A stretch of 63,836 bases of DNA, the filler included, from Rhabdomonas costata (lineage: Eukaryota): NCBI GenBank assembly GCA_019059605.1. It is 24 parts of 24 records of this genome, joined end to end, with 100 filler letters (N's around TTAATTAATTAA, not from the genome) between each part and the next. Parts side by side here need not be neighbours in the genome. Positions count along the whole stretch, not along the records: positions 1 to 2,567 come from JAHMHO010002829.1; positions 2,668 to 5,235 come from JAHMHO010002830.1; positions 5,336 to 7,901 come from JAHMHO010002831.1; positions 8,002 to 10,566 come from JAHMHO010002832.1; positions 10,667 to 13,231 come from JAHMHO010002833.1; 19 more parts are not named here. The stretch is one strand, 5' to 3'. Both the position numbers and the translations under genes were made by a program. Below the pieces are notes generated by a model, which had not been told where the DNA came from, made no database searches, and saw only the letters and a list, made by a program, of their open reading frames with translations. Shown in pieces: positions 1 through 12,822 of this stretch (its first letter is position 1; each line of letters begins with the position of its first letter).

Positions 1-2567
1 GTGATTAAAATGATAGGATATCATTCATTCATAGTACGCCTTTAGTGAGCACAAATTTGCAGCAAGATGCTTGCAAACACGGAAAATGAAGAACCTAAAC
101 AACATGAACCAGTCTCTGGAAAACAATACTATTCTCCGGTCTGCAGCCACCCGCGCGCTGAGCGGCGCTGAGAAACGCAGGACGGTCAACAACAGAGCTA
201 TGAAACGTTGCCCCAACCTGCCACACCTCACCACGAGGATTACACATACGGATTGGTGGTAATAAATATTCCCAAAGCGTTTTTCGCTAACAGACTTCAA
301 ACACATTTTAAACGCTGATCATGTTTATTTTACGCACGAGCTTGAAAAAAAGCGTTGGACAAGTTTTCTTGTCATTCAAGGAAACTAAAGCATCACAATA
401 ACCGCACAGTAAATTTTTTAAACCACAAAAATTTACTTTTTCTCTATTGCAAGTTACACTTCCCATCGTCTCGATACGCCAAAAACAAGAAACCAATCTG
501 TGAGATTTTATCACTCGACAAACCCAAAATAAAAAATCTGAGAAAAACAAGGGTACTACATCACATAGTATTGGATTTTCTGCTGTATTCGGTCAGGTTT
601 TTTTTTACTGTTTTTGACATTTGTGAAATCTGGTATCTTATCGGAAGGCAGTAACTGCAGTAAATTTACTCGTGTTATGAAAAAACCTGGAATACGGTAC
701 TGACATCATCGATTGTCTTATCCAGGCGAATTTCGCCACAACAGCTAACAAATATATGCCTTCCATGGCCTTATTGTTCACTTTTTGTTTCCTTTTGCAA
801 TCAATTGCCGCGCGGTGTGTTTTTCCATTTTGTTGTCAGCTAATTCGCTTCATTTTTATTGGCCGATGTTCTGAGTAAGGGGTTAAGGAGGCAAAGCGAT
901 GGAATATGTGTGAGAGTCAAGAAGAAGATGCGTGAGTGAACGTTTCATTTTCTCTGCAGAGCACGCTGTTCTGGGCAAACCCGATGGGGGGCTCCTCCGC
1001 CCAACCTGGCCCGTCCACGCTGATCTTAGGAGGAAAGACTGTGCCACTGCCGGAGAGGCTCGGGTAGCGGTTGCGAAAGGGCGTGGCGGTTCGCCAGCCA
1101 AGGGACCGTATCTCAGCTCCACTTGGAACCCATCTGTCGATGACGAGCTGCAGCTTCTGTATGTGTATTCTTAGGGGGGAAGCATGTTCAACTCAATGTC
1201 TTCGTCAGCGTATTGCTTTTAGAAATTTATATCACAAGTTGGGATGGTACTGGAGTCCGTCGCGCTAACTTATCTATGACTCACAGTCACTGTGCTGCGC
1301 TTGCTGAAAGTGGAGCTCGTGTCAAAACGTGTTCGATGCCATGCTTTGAAGGACCTTACAGCGTATGTGACCGTTTATGTTGGATCAGAACTCTTGGGTG
1401 CGGTGATGACCGGTTTCCACGATTTCACACCGAAATATTTACACACTATCTTATGCATACATATTTTGCGTGTTTTGTTTAGGTTACGTGTCTTCCGTCT
1501 TGCATAAGTGAGTGTTGGGTATTAACAACTAGCACCCTTTCGAAGCTTTGTTGCTGTGTCTTTCCTTGCCATGGTTGTGCGTACGTTTTTGTGTTTTTGG
1601 CGACTGGAAATTTGCTTGTTTGTGATGTTCTTTGCTTCTGAACGCCTGCCCTGTACAGCCGTTTATTGTAGCAATTGGTTTGAAGCCGCTCAGACAGCAG
1701 CAGGCATGCGTTTCTCGTTTTATTTGTAGACATCGGCTGCAATTCTGGAAATCCTTCATTCTAATGAGCGCTGTGAAATCGTTCGCAACAGAGCTCATGA
1801 GCCGACAAGCTCTTGCTTTCATATTGCGCCTCTCCAGGGTCTACTTGCTTCCGATGGTGCTTCGTCTAGTTGATCAAAATTCCGCCACAACCTCGTAAAT
1901 GACCCGCTTGATTTTGCAAAAAAAAAAAAAAATCCCCCGCCCGATCCCGTTCTTGGTACAGCGCCGGCATACAAACTTCCAATTGGATCCACTGTGCAAT
2001 CAAGACCACCTGCGTGTGATTCTTTTTCCTTGCCCCATCAAGCTCTAGGATTTCAGGGTGTTTGTTTGAAGCTCGGGGCTCATTCAAGAAAAAAGCGGGG
2101 TGTCACGCGCCACGGCGCATAACCGAGAGCATGGCATAGGAAGCCCATGAATGACCCACGCCCCGAATTGGAAGGGGGGAAAGACGATGCGCTGACACGA
2201 ACACTTTGCAAGCAAACCGGCTTTAACAAACTTCAAAATAGCAAGACAAGAAGGCACCCAAAACAGCCCGTTTGTGCTTCTGTGCTACCGCTGCTGCGTC
2301 CTGCGTTCAACCCTTGCACTTTGCCATCAACTGTCCAAAACAATTAAGAACGGATCTTTGAACCTGGCGTCCTCGTTGTTCAGACTTTTGCTCGGTCCTC
2401 ATAGGATCAGGGTCAGGATTGGGGTTGTGCGTTTGGCCAATGTTACGGACCCCGCTCCGCACGGGAATCCGCGGGGGCTGCTCCGCACGGCCCCCTGCCC
2501 ACTCCGCATGGGCTTCACACCGGCGGCGGACGGGAACCAGGAGCCAAGACGGGCTACTCGTCTTGGC

Positions 2568-2667
2568 NNNNNNNNNNNNNNNNNNNNNNNNNNNNNNNNN
2601 NNNNNNNNNNNTTAATTAATTAANNNNNNNNNNNNNNNNNNNNNNNNNNNNNNNNNNNNNNNNNNNN
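2568..2667. other. Artificial contig-joining spacer (N44 + TTAATTAATTAA + N44), first of 23 copies
   Basis: The identical 100-nt block with an all-frame stop linker starts at 2568, 5236, 7902, 10567, 13232, 15898, 18565, 21230, 23893, 26556, 29219, 31883, 34546, 37209, 39884, 42546, 45209, 47871, 50534, 53192, 55854, 58515 and 61176. The contigs between them are all about 2558-2575 nt. Confidence 0.99.
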
Positions 2668-2836
2668 GGCTATTCCTGACCTCTTCCGCTGAGCCTCCGG
2701 TACCTCGAGGCTGCCTCACTGACTCTTTGCCCTGGTGCGTCTGCAAACCAATGTGGTGTGTGTGTGTGTTGGGGGGGGGGGTATGCTATTGCCAGAGTGT
2801 CTGGGTGGATGGGTATGTGTGTCACCTTCACAATAC

Positions 2837-4825
2837 CTTGGGCACCAGTTCGTCGAAGTCGATCGTCGCCTTGTTGTCTTCAAGTAGCCTGTTGCGGAAA
2901 CATTACGGGAAAGAGCCGGACCACATCTCCGTTTGTAAAAAAGGGAACCAATCGCTCCTTATACAGCGTTGCAATACAGTGTTGGTGGTACAACGTTGCC
3001 TTTCTGAGGTGAGAGAGAGGCTGAAAGGAGAGAGGCGTGACAGGGACCACACATACGTGGAGAGATTGAAGAAGTTAATGGGCACGGTGAAGGGGTCCAC
3101 ATCTTCTGCCTGTAGCACAGCGCAAGAAAGGGAAGAAATGGCCAGATTACAGGGCATAAACCCTTCACCCCGCCTCCCCAAACCGCTGTACCCACACATG
3201 AATGTCCGAGAAATGAAGGTTCCTAGGATACTGGGCTGCGGAGCGCAGCTCGTACCTGCAATAACTTATATTGTGCAATAACTTATATTTATATTGTATA
3301 TTGCAATCCCAGGGGACACGTACATCGCCTCCTAACTCCCTGCAAAAGCTAATAGAATCCCAGGCGACCCGTGCCACCTGAGCCACTGCAAAGTCTCTGT
3401 AGGAATCCCAGGGGGCACGTCCATGACCTCTTTGCCTACAGCACATTCACGAAGGGCCTATAAAAAGTAGCAGTTTACAGCTCAAATAGGGCCAGTAAAG
3501 GACTAGCGCCGGTCAACCCGATTCGTCCATTCAACCTGGTCAATCCGATTCGTCCACGAGGACGAAGAAAACGCACTTCTTGTATAGAAGCATGCGGGAA
3601 ACTCTCAGATAGCCTCGCCGCGAATGTGCCCGCGATGATGAGGGTAAAAACACTCCCAACGCATGCATGTCCCTCCAGCACAGACGATCCAGTTCTTCTA
3701 TCCTGCCCGCAGCGACACCAGAACATGTTCAAGAAAGTTAGAGCTCTGAGCCACAGGGAATACAAAGAGGGGGTCGCGGATTCGATGCCAACCCAATCCC
3801 GAGAACAGTTGCACACCAACTCAGCTTCTTCCTTCATGAGGTTCAGGCAGAACGGGAACACCCCAAGCGCGCAGCGCACTATGGTGAGGCCCACGCTCCA
3901 AATGTCAGTCTTGAAGACGTCATCAACCGACGGGAAGGATTCTCCCCGCATCCTCTCAGGCTGCGGGAAAATCAGTGGAAGGAAGAATTTAACTTTTCAA
4001 CGTGAGTGAGTGAGTGAGTGTTGGGCGCAGGTGCTAGTGGTGCCACGGTACGATTCATTTTTTTTGCGCGTGTGGGGAACTGTTTTTTTATGCAAACTAT
4101 TTAACATTGTTACGGGTATTCTTCTTCTTCTTCCCGTCGTGCTTTCTGGTCTCCATCGTTTCATCCAGAGTAGAACCGTACGCTCTTCCCCACTCATCAT
4201 ACATTGCCTGGCCCTCCCTGAATGTTATTCATCTGAAGCGCGCCTGCTCCGAACTCCGAATCCTTTGCATATTCTTGTCCGGAGGGCGCATTTGTAATTT
4301 AAGCAGTTTTTTCCGGATTATTTCTCGGTTTTCGTTTTTTTCGCCGAGTCTGCGGCGCACCGGATCGGCCGTTTTCTGAGTTTTCATGGCCATCGACACC
4401 CAGGACGACACAAAAGTGGAGAATTGCGAGGGCAGCCGTTCACCATCGTTCTCAGATGTCACCAGCTTAAAGGATCTAACCTCCCGAGCAAATACATCGC
4501 ATCGGTGGTGTCATTACAGTGACAACAATTCCGGGAAACGCCTCCACCAACAGGACTCATTAAGGGGAGGGTCACCTGATCTATGCCCCCGTTGCCACCG
4601 ATTGGCGATAAAACGCAAGACGCCATTGCACGGGAAAGTAGGCGAGTGTGGTGGAAAGTGGACCACCAGGAAGATGGATGTCTTGGTACGATTGCAAGGG
4701 AGTAGGCACGGGAATATAGAGAGGGACATACACTCATGTACGCTGTTGTTCCTGTGAGCGTCAGCGCGCTGTTTTTGTGGATCACCTTGGAGATCCCGAA
4801 GTCGGACAGCTTTACCAGACCCATC
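2837..4825 (-). CDS. STE7/MAP2K-like protein kinase, C-lobe exons (partial)
   Basis: Exon 4825-4732 (VKLSDFGISK...GTTAYMS) splices GT-AG in phase to an exon from 3960 (PERMRGE...TDIWSVGLTIVRCALGVFPF). The YMSPER and DIWSxG motifs are MAP2K-like. The later small exons (to 2837, INFFNLSTLLEDNKATIDF) are less certain. Confidence 0.8.
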
Positions 4826-5335
4826 CTGGCAGAGCAAAACACAACGCAAACTTTTGTACGGTAAACGTGCACTTGCGGGATGAAGGAACAGCCAGTCGTA
4901 GGGAAACCTCCAAACGAAATTACACCGCTTACATGGCAGATATCGAAAAAAGAGAAAACATATATCCAAAAATGTAAACAATGCTGTGGATATGTATTTG
5001 GGGGACAGGACGTTACTCAATTGACAGACGATCGTTATGTGAACGTATTGTGCCCGTGAATGTGCAGTTTTATGACGTTGTGTTGGCGGATTGGGTGGCC
5101 TGTATCCAAGACCTCATTCTGCTTATATCGATCAAAGGCAGCAGAAGGAAACTATTCCACTTGACCTGACACTGTAACCTCGCAGATTCGGTTTTGGTGC
5201 CTGCTCCCGAAACGCTCTCTGACTTCAAACACAACNNNNNNNNNNNNNNNNNNNNNNNNNNNNNNNNNNNNNNNNNNNNTTAATTAATTAANNNNNNNNN
5301 NNNNNNNNNNNNNNNNNNNNNNNNNNNNNNNNNNN

Positions 5336-6330
5336 GTTTTGTTGGAAAGATGAATGAAAGATCTTTGTATTTCGGAAGAATTGTAATGTTCAAGGAGCAT
5401 CACAATGTAGACAAAGGTGCCGTGATTTGTTTTGAAACTGCTCTCTGGTGTATCCATATCATGTGTAAGCCAGAGTGCTGGTCAAGCTTTGAAAATAAGA
5501 AGCTCTCTTCAACTTAATTATGTATCTAATCTGTGCCTTAATTTGTCAACAATGATCATGTTGTTAATGTGTGCGTAGTGGCTGTGTAAATAAGGATCCA
5601 TCAGACGTACTGAGAAGTGACTTTCTCGGTGTACTGATTGTCCAGAACAACTTCCCAATGACTCTGCCACTCGGCATATTTGCTTGATTCCAATATGCGC
5701 ATAATCTGTGATGAAAAATTCCCTTGGAGTTAATGCGTTGATTTTGTGTTCGATTTGGTGGTAACACAGCAAGCTTATCTGAAGGTAGTTCATAGTTGAG
5801 TTTGGGCAACTGTTGTGGAATTGTATCTGTATGAACTAAGATGGCAAAAAGTTGCTGGATCAATGTTTTTGACATTACGGCTCCGCAAGACAGTGTCATC
5901 GTGCCGTACGTCCAGCTCTGGCTTCGTAGCCGGCGTCGTAGTCGATCATTTACGGTGTTGGCTGCTATAAAAGACAATGCCTGGAATTACAAACCGGACC
6001 AGCTCGAGAGGATCCAAACTAACCTCCAACGCGCACAGCTGTGTAACAGCGCGGGCGTTTAAATGTAATAACCCAGCAAATGCCACCACATTACCATTCC
6101 CATTGACGTGGGGGTCTAGGGCTTTGTGTTCAAAAGCACGATATGCCTTTTTGTTGTCGTGGTAAAAATTGGAGCTTCCGGTATTAATTTCCGGCACTCG
6201 AAACGCACGAGGTTTATGCATGTCCATCGCAAAATACCCCGGCAAACAGATACCCAACCGCATTGCCAACAAGGCAAAATGTTTTGTGGATGCCCGGGCG
6301 CATTCCAAAGAAAGCACTCTCATTGGAGGG
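5336..6330 (-). mobile_element. Highly decayed non-LTR retrotransposon 3' region (RNase H plus C-terminal Zn-finger remnant)
   Basis: Across frameshifts, in the expected order: ILVHTDT (like I.TDS), DYAHIGIKQICRVAESL (like W.P.H.GI.GNE.AD.LA), DKLR, LS*RELLIF..WLTH (like RREE..L.RLR.GH..LTH), and LCLHCDAP*TL (like C..C...LT). The region has many stops and is AT-richer than host exons. Confidence 0.45.
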
Positions 6331-7343
6331 GCGGGCGGTAACTAGGATCAAGGTGGTGGCCAGGTCCAAATGGGCCGCGCAATGCCGCAATACCCCTTCG
6401 GAGCAAGAGCAGGCGCGCGGCGAGCCCGTGGTTTCCCCCGTTAAAAATAGAAATTTGCAGGAGACGCCATGTAACGCCTATTGAAAACAAAAACGGGCAT
6501 TGCCTAAATGCGCCCCACGGGCGGAGAAGAGCACCGAGGAAAGGGCAAACAACGGGACATCAGGTGGATGTGGTTTTGCAGATTCCCATGCGCCTTTCAA
6601 AACCTGGGGCAGCTGGTTGTTTTGCGATTTTCCGTGCCGCATGGTGGTAGTTCTCTTTGAAGCACTCTTGTGGTGGATACAAAGGCCCCGGCTGCCGATT
6701 GTCACGGCTGAAAAGAGCGACCAGGGCCCTAGATTGAAGGGATGTCGGCAGATAGATCGACGGCAACGCAGCACAAAGGGACGCATATTTGACCGACCCT
6801 CATTGCTCGCTTTGGTTATCGACGGTTTTTAACCCGCAAGCTGTATAATTCACGACCCATAGTAGGCTGGGCATCGCGGCCTGTCATTTGGAAGCAGCGC
6901 ACATGAGCCGTAACGAAGCAATTGGTCAACCTGACCTGAAGCAAGTTCTGATAAGCAGGTACCTGAGCGCTAATGCCTGAAGCAACGGGATAAATCAGTC
7001 CGGGAAAAATACTTTTGGTTGCGCGGCGGCAAAAAGCCAAACACCTTTGTCATATAAATGCTCGGCAACAGGTTCGGTTCGGGAAAGGAGAAAGGAGAGA
7101 GAGACGCCAACAAAAAGAAAACGACCGCTGTAAAATGCGCAAACACTATCCCAGAATAAATCCACAGACCCCCACTCTCCACTCTCGTGTACGGCTGTAA
7201 CCAGGGTTCTCAGGTTCACAGACTTACTGGCTCTTGTGCACGCAGGGTGGGAGCCCATGGTCACCCAAAGCCCATGTTGGAAAACAGGAAGAAGCCAGGA
7301 AGAAGGGGGGAATAGGCGACTCTAACCAATAGGCTGCCTTCTC

Positions 7344-7652
7344 TCACTCCGGGGCATTCCCGCAATCGTTGCCGTGCTCTTCAGGCGGGACATTCTCCGC
7401 TACCCCGTCCTCCTCTTCCTCGTCAACCAGGGACTGGTCCACCACGGCGGAAGGTTGTTCGCCGTCATCTTCGCTGTCGTGGGCGCTTACGGCCTCGATC
7501 TCATCGTCTTCGAAGGTCATGTCCGCGTCGCGTTGCTCCGTCCCGTCGTTGTCGATCTCCTTGCAGTTCTGGATGACATACACCAGCTTTTCCAGCATGA
7601 TGTCCTCGCTAGTGTACAGCGGCAGCTTCAGCTCAAAGTTGCAAGTCGCGGC
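7344..7652 (-). CDS. HECT-domain E3 ubiquitin ligase, last exon
   Basis: After the acceptor ttttcag the exon reads AATCNFELKLPLYTSEDIMLEKLVYVIQNCKEIDND, the HECT catalytic-Cys motif (TC..L.LP.Y.S...L.EKL..AI), then an acidic tail and stop. Confidence 0.9.
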   Translation of the reverse strand, partial: AATCNFELKLPLYTSEDIMLEKLVYVIQNCKEIDNDGTEQRDADMTFEDDEIEAVSAHDSEDDGEQPSAVVDQSLVDEEEEDGVAENVPPEEHGNDCGNAPE

Positions 7653-8084
7653 CTGAAAACCGGCCAGCCCGATGCAAAACCACACTTCTGGAACCAAATG
7701 CACCGAAAGCGGGGCACGTGAGTTGCCCAGAAACAGGAATAAACACTGGCAGAGAATAACTTGCGGGGGTTGCCAAAAAAGGAAAACATTAAGGACAACC
7801 GACCGATCTAAGAAAACCAACGACAACCCCCCACGTCCGGACCGCGATAATCTGACTGAGGCCGCTCACGCTCATTCTGAATTCAAAAAATTCCAAAAGA
7901 GNNNNNNNNNNNNNNNNNNNNNNNNNNNNNNNNNNNNNNNNNNNNTTAATTAATTAANNNNNNNNNNNNNNNNNNNNNNNNNNNNNNNNNNNNNNNNNNN
8001 NGGGGTTGGGTACCTTTGTGATGCACGAGCAAGCATTTACTCTGTTCAGTTGGTCAGCTGCTCTCGCTCTGATTCTTTTTTCAG

Positions 8085-9911
8085 ATTCGTACCCGAGTTT
8101 GGGAGGAGCAGGACGAAAAGGAGGTGTGCCCGCGTCACAGAACGGGTGGGGTGGAGAGGACGATTTTTCTTTTGCTGCACTGCATTACATAGTCGCATGA
8201 AAGACTTGCCGCGGGCTTCCGCGTGGAAGAATGTCGCCTCCTCCTTGCTGACTTTCCATCTGGGGTGAGGGGGTAAGAATGAGAGCGTATATTTGCTGTA
8301 GCTGGTGGAGCATAGAGATAAGCGTTGTGTGGTGTGCAACTGTTTCGCCCTTCGTCGCCCTTCGTTTCCCGTCCAGGAACTCCTGGAAGACCCAATCGAC
8401 CTGGTTTCCGGACGTGACCCGATGCTGGAGGTGTGTGATCGATGATGTGTGTCGCTGAGAGTGGGGACAGGGTCGGGTCAGTGTGGAAAGTCAGTTCGGT
8501 TTGGTTGGCAATTCTCTTGAGCTTTTATGGTCCTTGTGGTGGTGGCTGTTTAGTAACGGATGGGTTGGACGTAGTGGCACTGCTCCTTTTTTGGATCTCG
8601 TGTGTGGCTTTAGTCCAGCAATCCTGACCCTGCCCTGGACACGGTGCGGATTCTGGGGGACATGAACCGCCACGAAAACCTGGGTGGAGTTCTGCGCTCG
8701 CATTGGTTGTCACTGCCCCCGCCCTCCGCTTTCTGTTCGAGCCCCACAATGGTAGCCTCCGCAATTCCCGTAAAAGCTGGGAAACAAACACAACCCACTT
8801 CCCAATGTTCGACGCCGCCGCCTTTGCGCTGTTTTCCGGGAACCGCGTTGTGCTGAGATCGAAACCAATGCAAATGATCGGCGGGAGATTCAGTTTCAAG
8901 CTTTTGAGAGGGATCTGGAGATTGCAATCTCTAGTTCAGGAGAGAACAACATTGGAGTTTATATGGTTGAATCAATTGGATTGTCGCGCGTGTGATGGAG
9001 CACGTGGTGTGCAGCGAATATTTATATTTTGAACTCAACCAGGTGGGGGTTCCGCTTGTTCACGAAAGTCTTCACCGGCGCCGAAGCTGTCGACTGGCTG
9101 CTTGAGCAGGCATGGGCAAAGGGTGAGGCGTGGGGAGGGCGTGAAGGATCTCTTCATTTCAGCCTTCAAAGCCTATTTGGATCAAGGAAGCGTGTTTGAA
9201 GTGGTGGGCTCGATTTGAATTCTAATGCTTTTTAAGCTGTTCGTCATCAAAGAAAGCGATTTGCAACCTATCTCTACTTCCTCACCAGTGGCTGAACACA
9301 GGGCAGGCGTCGACACCAGCTTCAGTCTCAAAGCATTTTTACTCTGGTTGTTGTTCTACTGTCTCACTCAAGAGCGCCCGCGCGAGGCGAGAACAATCGA
9401 AGAAAAGGGGACTTCTTCAGCCAAACACAAACATGCACAGGACAGAGGCAAGCAGTGTCATCCGCAAGACGGTCTCTGTCCCCGGTACATTCTCCCGCCT
9501 CCTGCCATCCAACCCCCTACAACTGCTCACCGTCACCGCCTCAAGGTGAGAGCTTCTATTCAGATCCCGCCCCAGCTGCCCCCTTGTTTCGGAGAGTAAT
9601 CTGCCACGCCGCACGCATGCCATTTGCCAAGCACGCAATCGGGGCCCCCTGCCGAAGTACCTCACACTCGAAGGCGCGAAACCACTACATGCGAGGGGTA
9701 GGCCTCATGCAGACTATTGCTCATTTCTCGGGCTTTTGGGAGAACAATTCGGCCCCCTTTGTTCCCGCAGGACTTATCCGCCCACACCCGGGAGGAGGCT
9801 GTGAAGCAGCTGCAGTTCTGGGCCAGGATGGGCTACATCACTCACATTTTCGACGAGCAGCCCTTCAAGGACGACCCCAACCTGTTATATCGCCTCCACT
9901 TTCATCGCCTG
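8085..9911 (+). CDS. DEP-domain-containing protein (multi-exon, partial)
   Basis: Exons near 8614-8705, 9043-9109 and 9771-9911 splice to ...GGVLRSHWWGFRLFTKVFTGAEAVDWLLEQDLSAHTREEAVKQLQFWARMGYITHIFDEQPFKDDPNLLYRL, a typical DEP domain (F.G.EAVDWL, REEAV, G.I.H, F.D...LY). Confidence 0.85.
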
Positions 9912-11032
9912 GTGCCTCAGCCGTGCCTTTCCTTCTTCTACTTCTCGAGTGCATTGCGTTTCGCTTAGATGGCCCTATTGGCTCAATTGATTCACGACCG
10001 CGATCCAGCCCGAACTTCTCGCCATGTTCGCCGCAGAGTTACAATTTTTAAGGTGCCAAAATCGAATTTTTTGACAGGCGTTTCTGATCGAGTGTCAAGC
10101 GATATGTCCTGCTTCACACTCTCTTCGAGTGCTCCTCCGTCATGTCTTCTCCATTTAGTTTCGTTTTTGAGTTTTATGCTGCCCTTGTCTCGGTTTTTCC
10201 CGGACCTTGCGTCTCAAGCGGCCGTGGCCGTTCCCAGGACCCTTGTTTTTTTATAGCAGCTCCTTCACATCAAATCCTGATGGAGCAGCCTCTCCGATTC
10301 CGTTCACCCCCCCCCCCTCAAAAAGCAATATTAGACACACAGAAGGCACAATATCTGTGTGTTTAGTCATCCGTTCAATCTCAAACCCTGGAACTCCAAA
10401 AGGAGAAGGGCAGGTCTCCACGCGGAGGAGGGCCGTCCATCTCGGAGCGCTTCCCCGTCCCCATCCTCTCCGGGCGGCCCAGCCCCAGAGAGGGCACTCT
10501 GGGAGGCGACATGCTTGGGTCTTTGCCGCCGTGGCCAATCCCCCTCCCCTCCTCGCTCCCAGCCACNNNNNNNNNNNNNNNNNNNNNNNNNNNNNNNNNN
10601 NNNNNNNNNNTTAATTAATTAANNNNNNNNNNNNNNNNNNNNNNNNNNNNNNNNNNNNNNNNNNNNTGTGGTGGGTGTGGTTGGGTGTGTTGTTGGTAAG
10701 ATCATTGTTACCAGAGTGGGTTGTTTGAAACGATTACGATTGTCACATTTCCCTCTAAGGTTGTGTGTGTGTGGGGGGGGGGAAAGGCATAGCCAAAGCT
10801 GCACTGGGACGCTGATTTGCACCAAGGAGACAAGCCGCACACTGCCGTTTTGCTTTGCTGCTAGTTGCGAACCACCAATGGGGGGGGTACACCTTGGTGA
10901 TTCTGCCATGGTGAAGTATTCATCATGGCAGAAGTCTTGCAGAGGGTCGAAGGGAAGTATTGCACATCCGTGGACTCTTGGGGAACGTGATACGGCGTTG
11001 CGCGTGGATGCGTGAGTTTATGTCCCTCCACC

Positions 11033-12822
11033 TTATCCCTCGCCGCGGCCCTCATCAGTTCCTTCAGTTTCACCTGAATTGCCCCCATTGTACGCGGGGA
11101 GTGAGGACTGAGGGTTGGGGGAAACGCTGCCCTGGTCCACAAGAGTAAAGCTCGGGGAGTTGAAGATCGCGGAGAAGGGCAGCTCCAGGGGCAGCGGGAC
11201 GGTGGCGGCGGTGGCGGTGGGAGCGGCGTAGAAGCACCCGCACAGCGAGCTCACCGTGTTAGGCACCAGTGCAGCCGCGGGGAGCCCTGAGGTCGGCGCG
11301 GCCAGGAAGGTGCCGCAGGAGGAGTATCCGAAGAAGGGCTCTGCAGGCGAACGTAGGAGGCGGGCGCACAGCATCGGCAAGGCAGTGGAGGAGAGGGGAA
11401 GGGGTGCAAGGATATGTGGAATTCAGGGTGACGGGATCTTGCGTTTGCGGGGATACTGGTGACCAATTCCACGTAAACCGGGAGCGAGGAGAGGAATCGA
11501 ACTGGGAGAAGCCATGACAGCAAACCACTTGCGCTGCTGTTGGGGCCAACGGGCGTGCACAAAGCGCTGGAGTACAAGACGGTTTGGTGGAGAAACGCAA
11601 AAAATACCGCAGAAGGTCGACAAGCCAGACCAGACATCTCCATGCAATCGGGCAATAAAATACAACTGTGTAGTGCTCTTTTTTATTATACCTATAAAAA
11701 AGTCCCCTTCCCGACTCCAACCTCACCCTCTCAATTTTCCCTTCCCCCCTTCGCCGACCCCGACCGAGGGGCATACGCGCAGGGTCTGGAGTGGTAATCA
11801 CGAGGTAGCCAGAGGTCGGCTCCCAGGCCATGCGGTACTTGATGCACACCTTCCATACTCCGGCCTGCATGGCAGTGTTTTTTTGAAGGACTGAGAGGAT
11901 GTGAGAATGGAGCCGTGAAACGCCCGTAACATCGGCACATCACTCTGCCCATGGAATATTAACTAAAGACGATACGAGGAAGGAGACAGCGGTGGCAGTA
12001 TAAGGGGCAGGACGTCAATTTTCCTCCAGCCCACTAAAACTGTCTTTTCTGCGGCACAGCCCTCGGAACATACGCGGCAATCTGGCTTCGAAAGAGCTGC
12101 CAATCCATGAATGTAAGGCGGGATGTCTTTTCTGCGGCACAGCCCTCGGAACATACGCGGCAATCTGGCTTCGAAAGAGCTGCCAATCCATGAATGTAAG
12201 GCGGGAGTTCACAACAAAGCCTGAACGAAGGTATCCCCCCATGAAATTTACCACGTCGACGCGGATGCTCGCGTTGCGGTTGTAACCCAGGGCGTACTCA
12301 GTAGCAGTCTCGTGGCAGTCCGTAACCACCACCTGCGCAAAAGAAGGAGGACCCACCGACCCAGTGCAAAGTCCAAGCGAGCGATGCCCACAGGCTGGCA
12401 ACCAACCCCGTGTCAACCAGAATCCCTCAACCTCGCTCACCACGAGTGCATCACGTGCTTCAGGGCTATATTATAAAAGAAAGGGTTGACATTTTCCCAG
12501 AGCACCACAGATTTCAAAGATCACATAACGCATAGCTCTGACAGTCTGGCATTAACCGTCGCCTCCCCTCTCTCAAACGACCGCAACAGAAAAGGAGAAG
12601 AAGGTCTCGGGCAGACGGCGCAGGAGATGCGAAATGAGAGCTCGCGGGAACACAGAGGGTATAACCCCCCCCACACACAAACACACACGGGTCCACCTTT
12701 GCCCATATCGCGGGCGAGCCCCCCAGCGCTGAGGAAAGTCCGAAGACCCGGAAGCCTGTGAAAGTGTACTCCACGAGCTCCCCCGTCAGTCCCGTGCGAG
12801 GGCCGAAGTCAATCCAGTCCGC
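11033..12822 (-). CDS. Multi-exon hypothetical protein, possibly extracellular (partial)
   Basis: GC-rich exon-like blocks with plausible splice sites: DWIDFGPRTGLTGSSWSTLSQ, VVVTDCHETATEYALGYNRNASIRVDVVNF, GVWKVCIKYRMAWEP, PFFGYSSCGTFLAAP. No family recognised. Confidence 0.4.
12041..12206. repeat. Perfect 2 x 83-bp tandem duplication
   Basis: 12041-12123 is identical to 12124-12206 (tgtcttttctgcggcacagc...tgtaaggcggga). Confidence 0.95.

Noticed and set aside
2612-2623. TTAATTAATTAA recurring every 2.66 kb as a biological periodic element
   Set aside because: It is always embedded in exactly 44+44 N and is a synthetic all-frame-stop linker. ORFs in the track ending in X...LIN are artefacts.
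3305-3425. Three AATCCCAGGxGxCxCGT motifs about 50 nt apart, CRISPR-like
   Set aside because: The repeats are short and degenerate, lie in a eukaryotic intron, and no cas genes are present. This is a decayed minisatellite, and 56030-56110 is similar.
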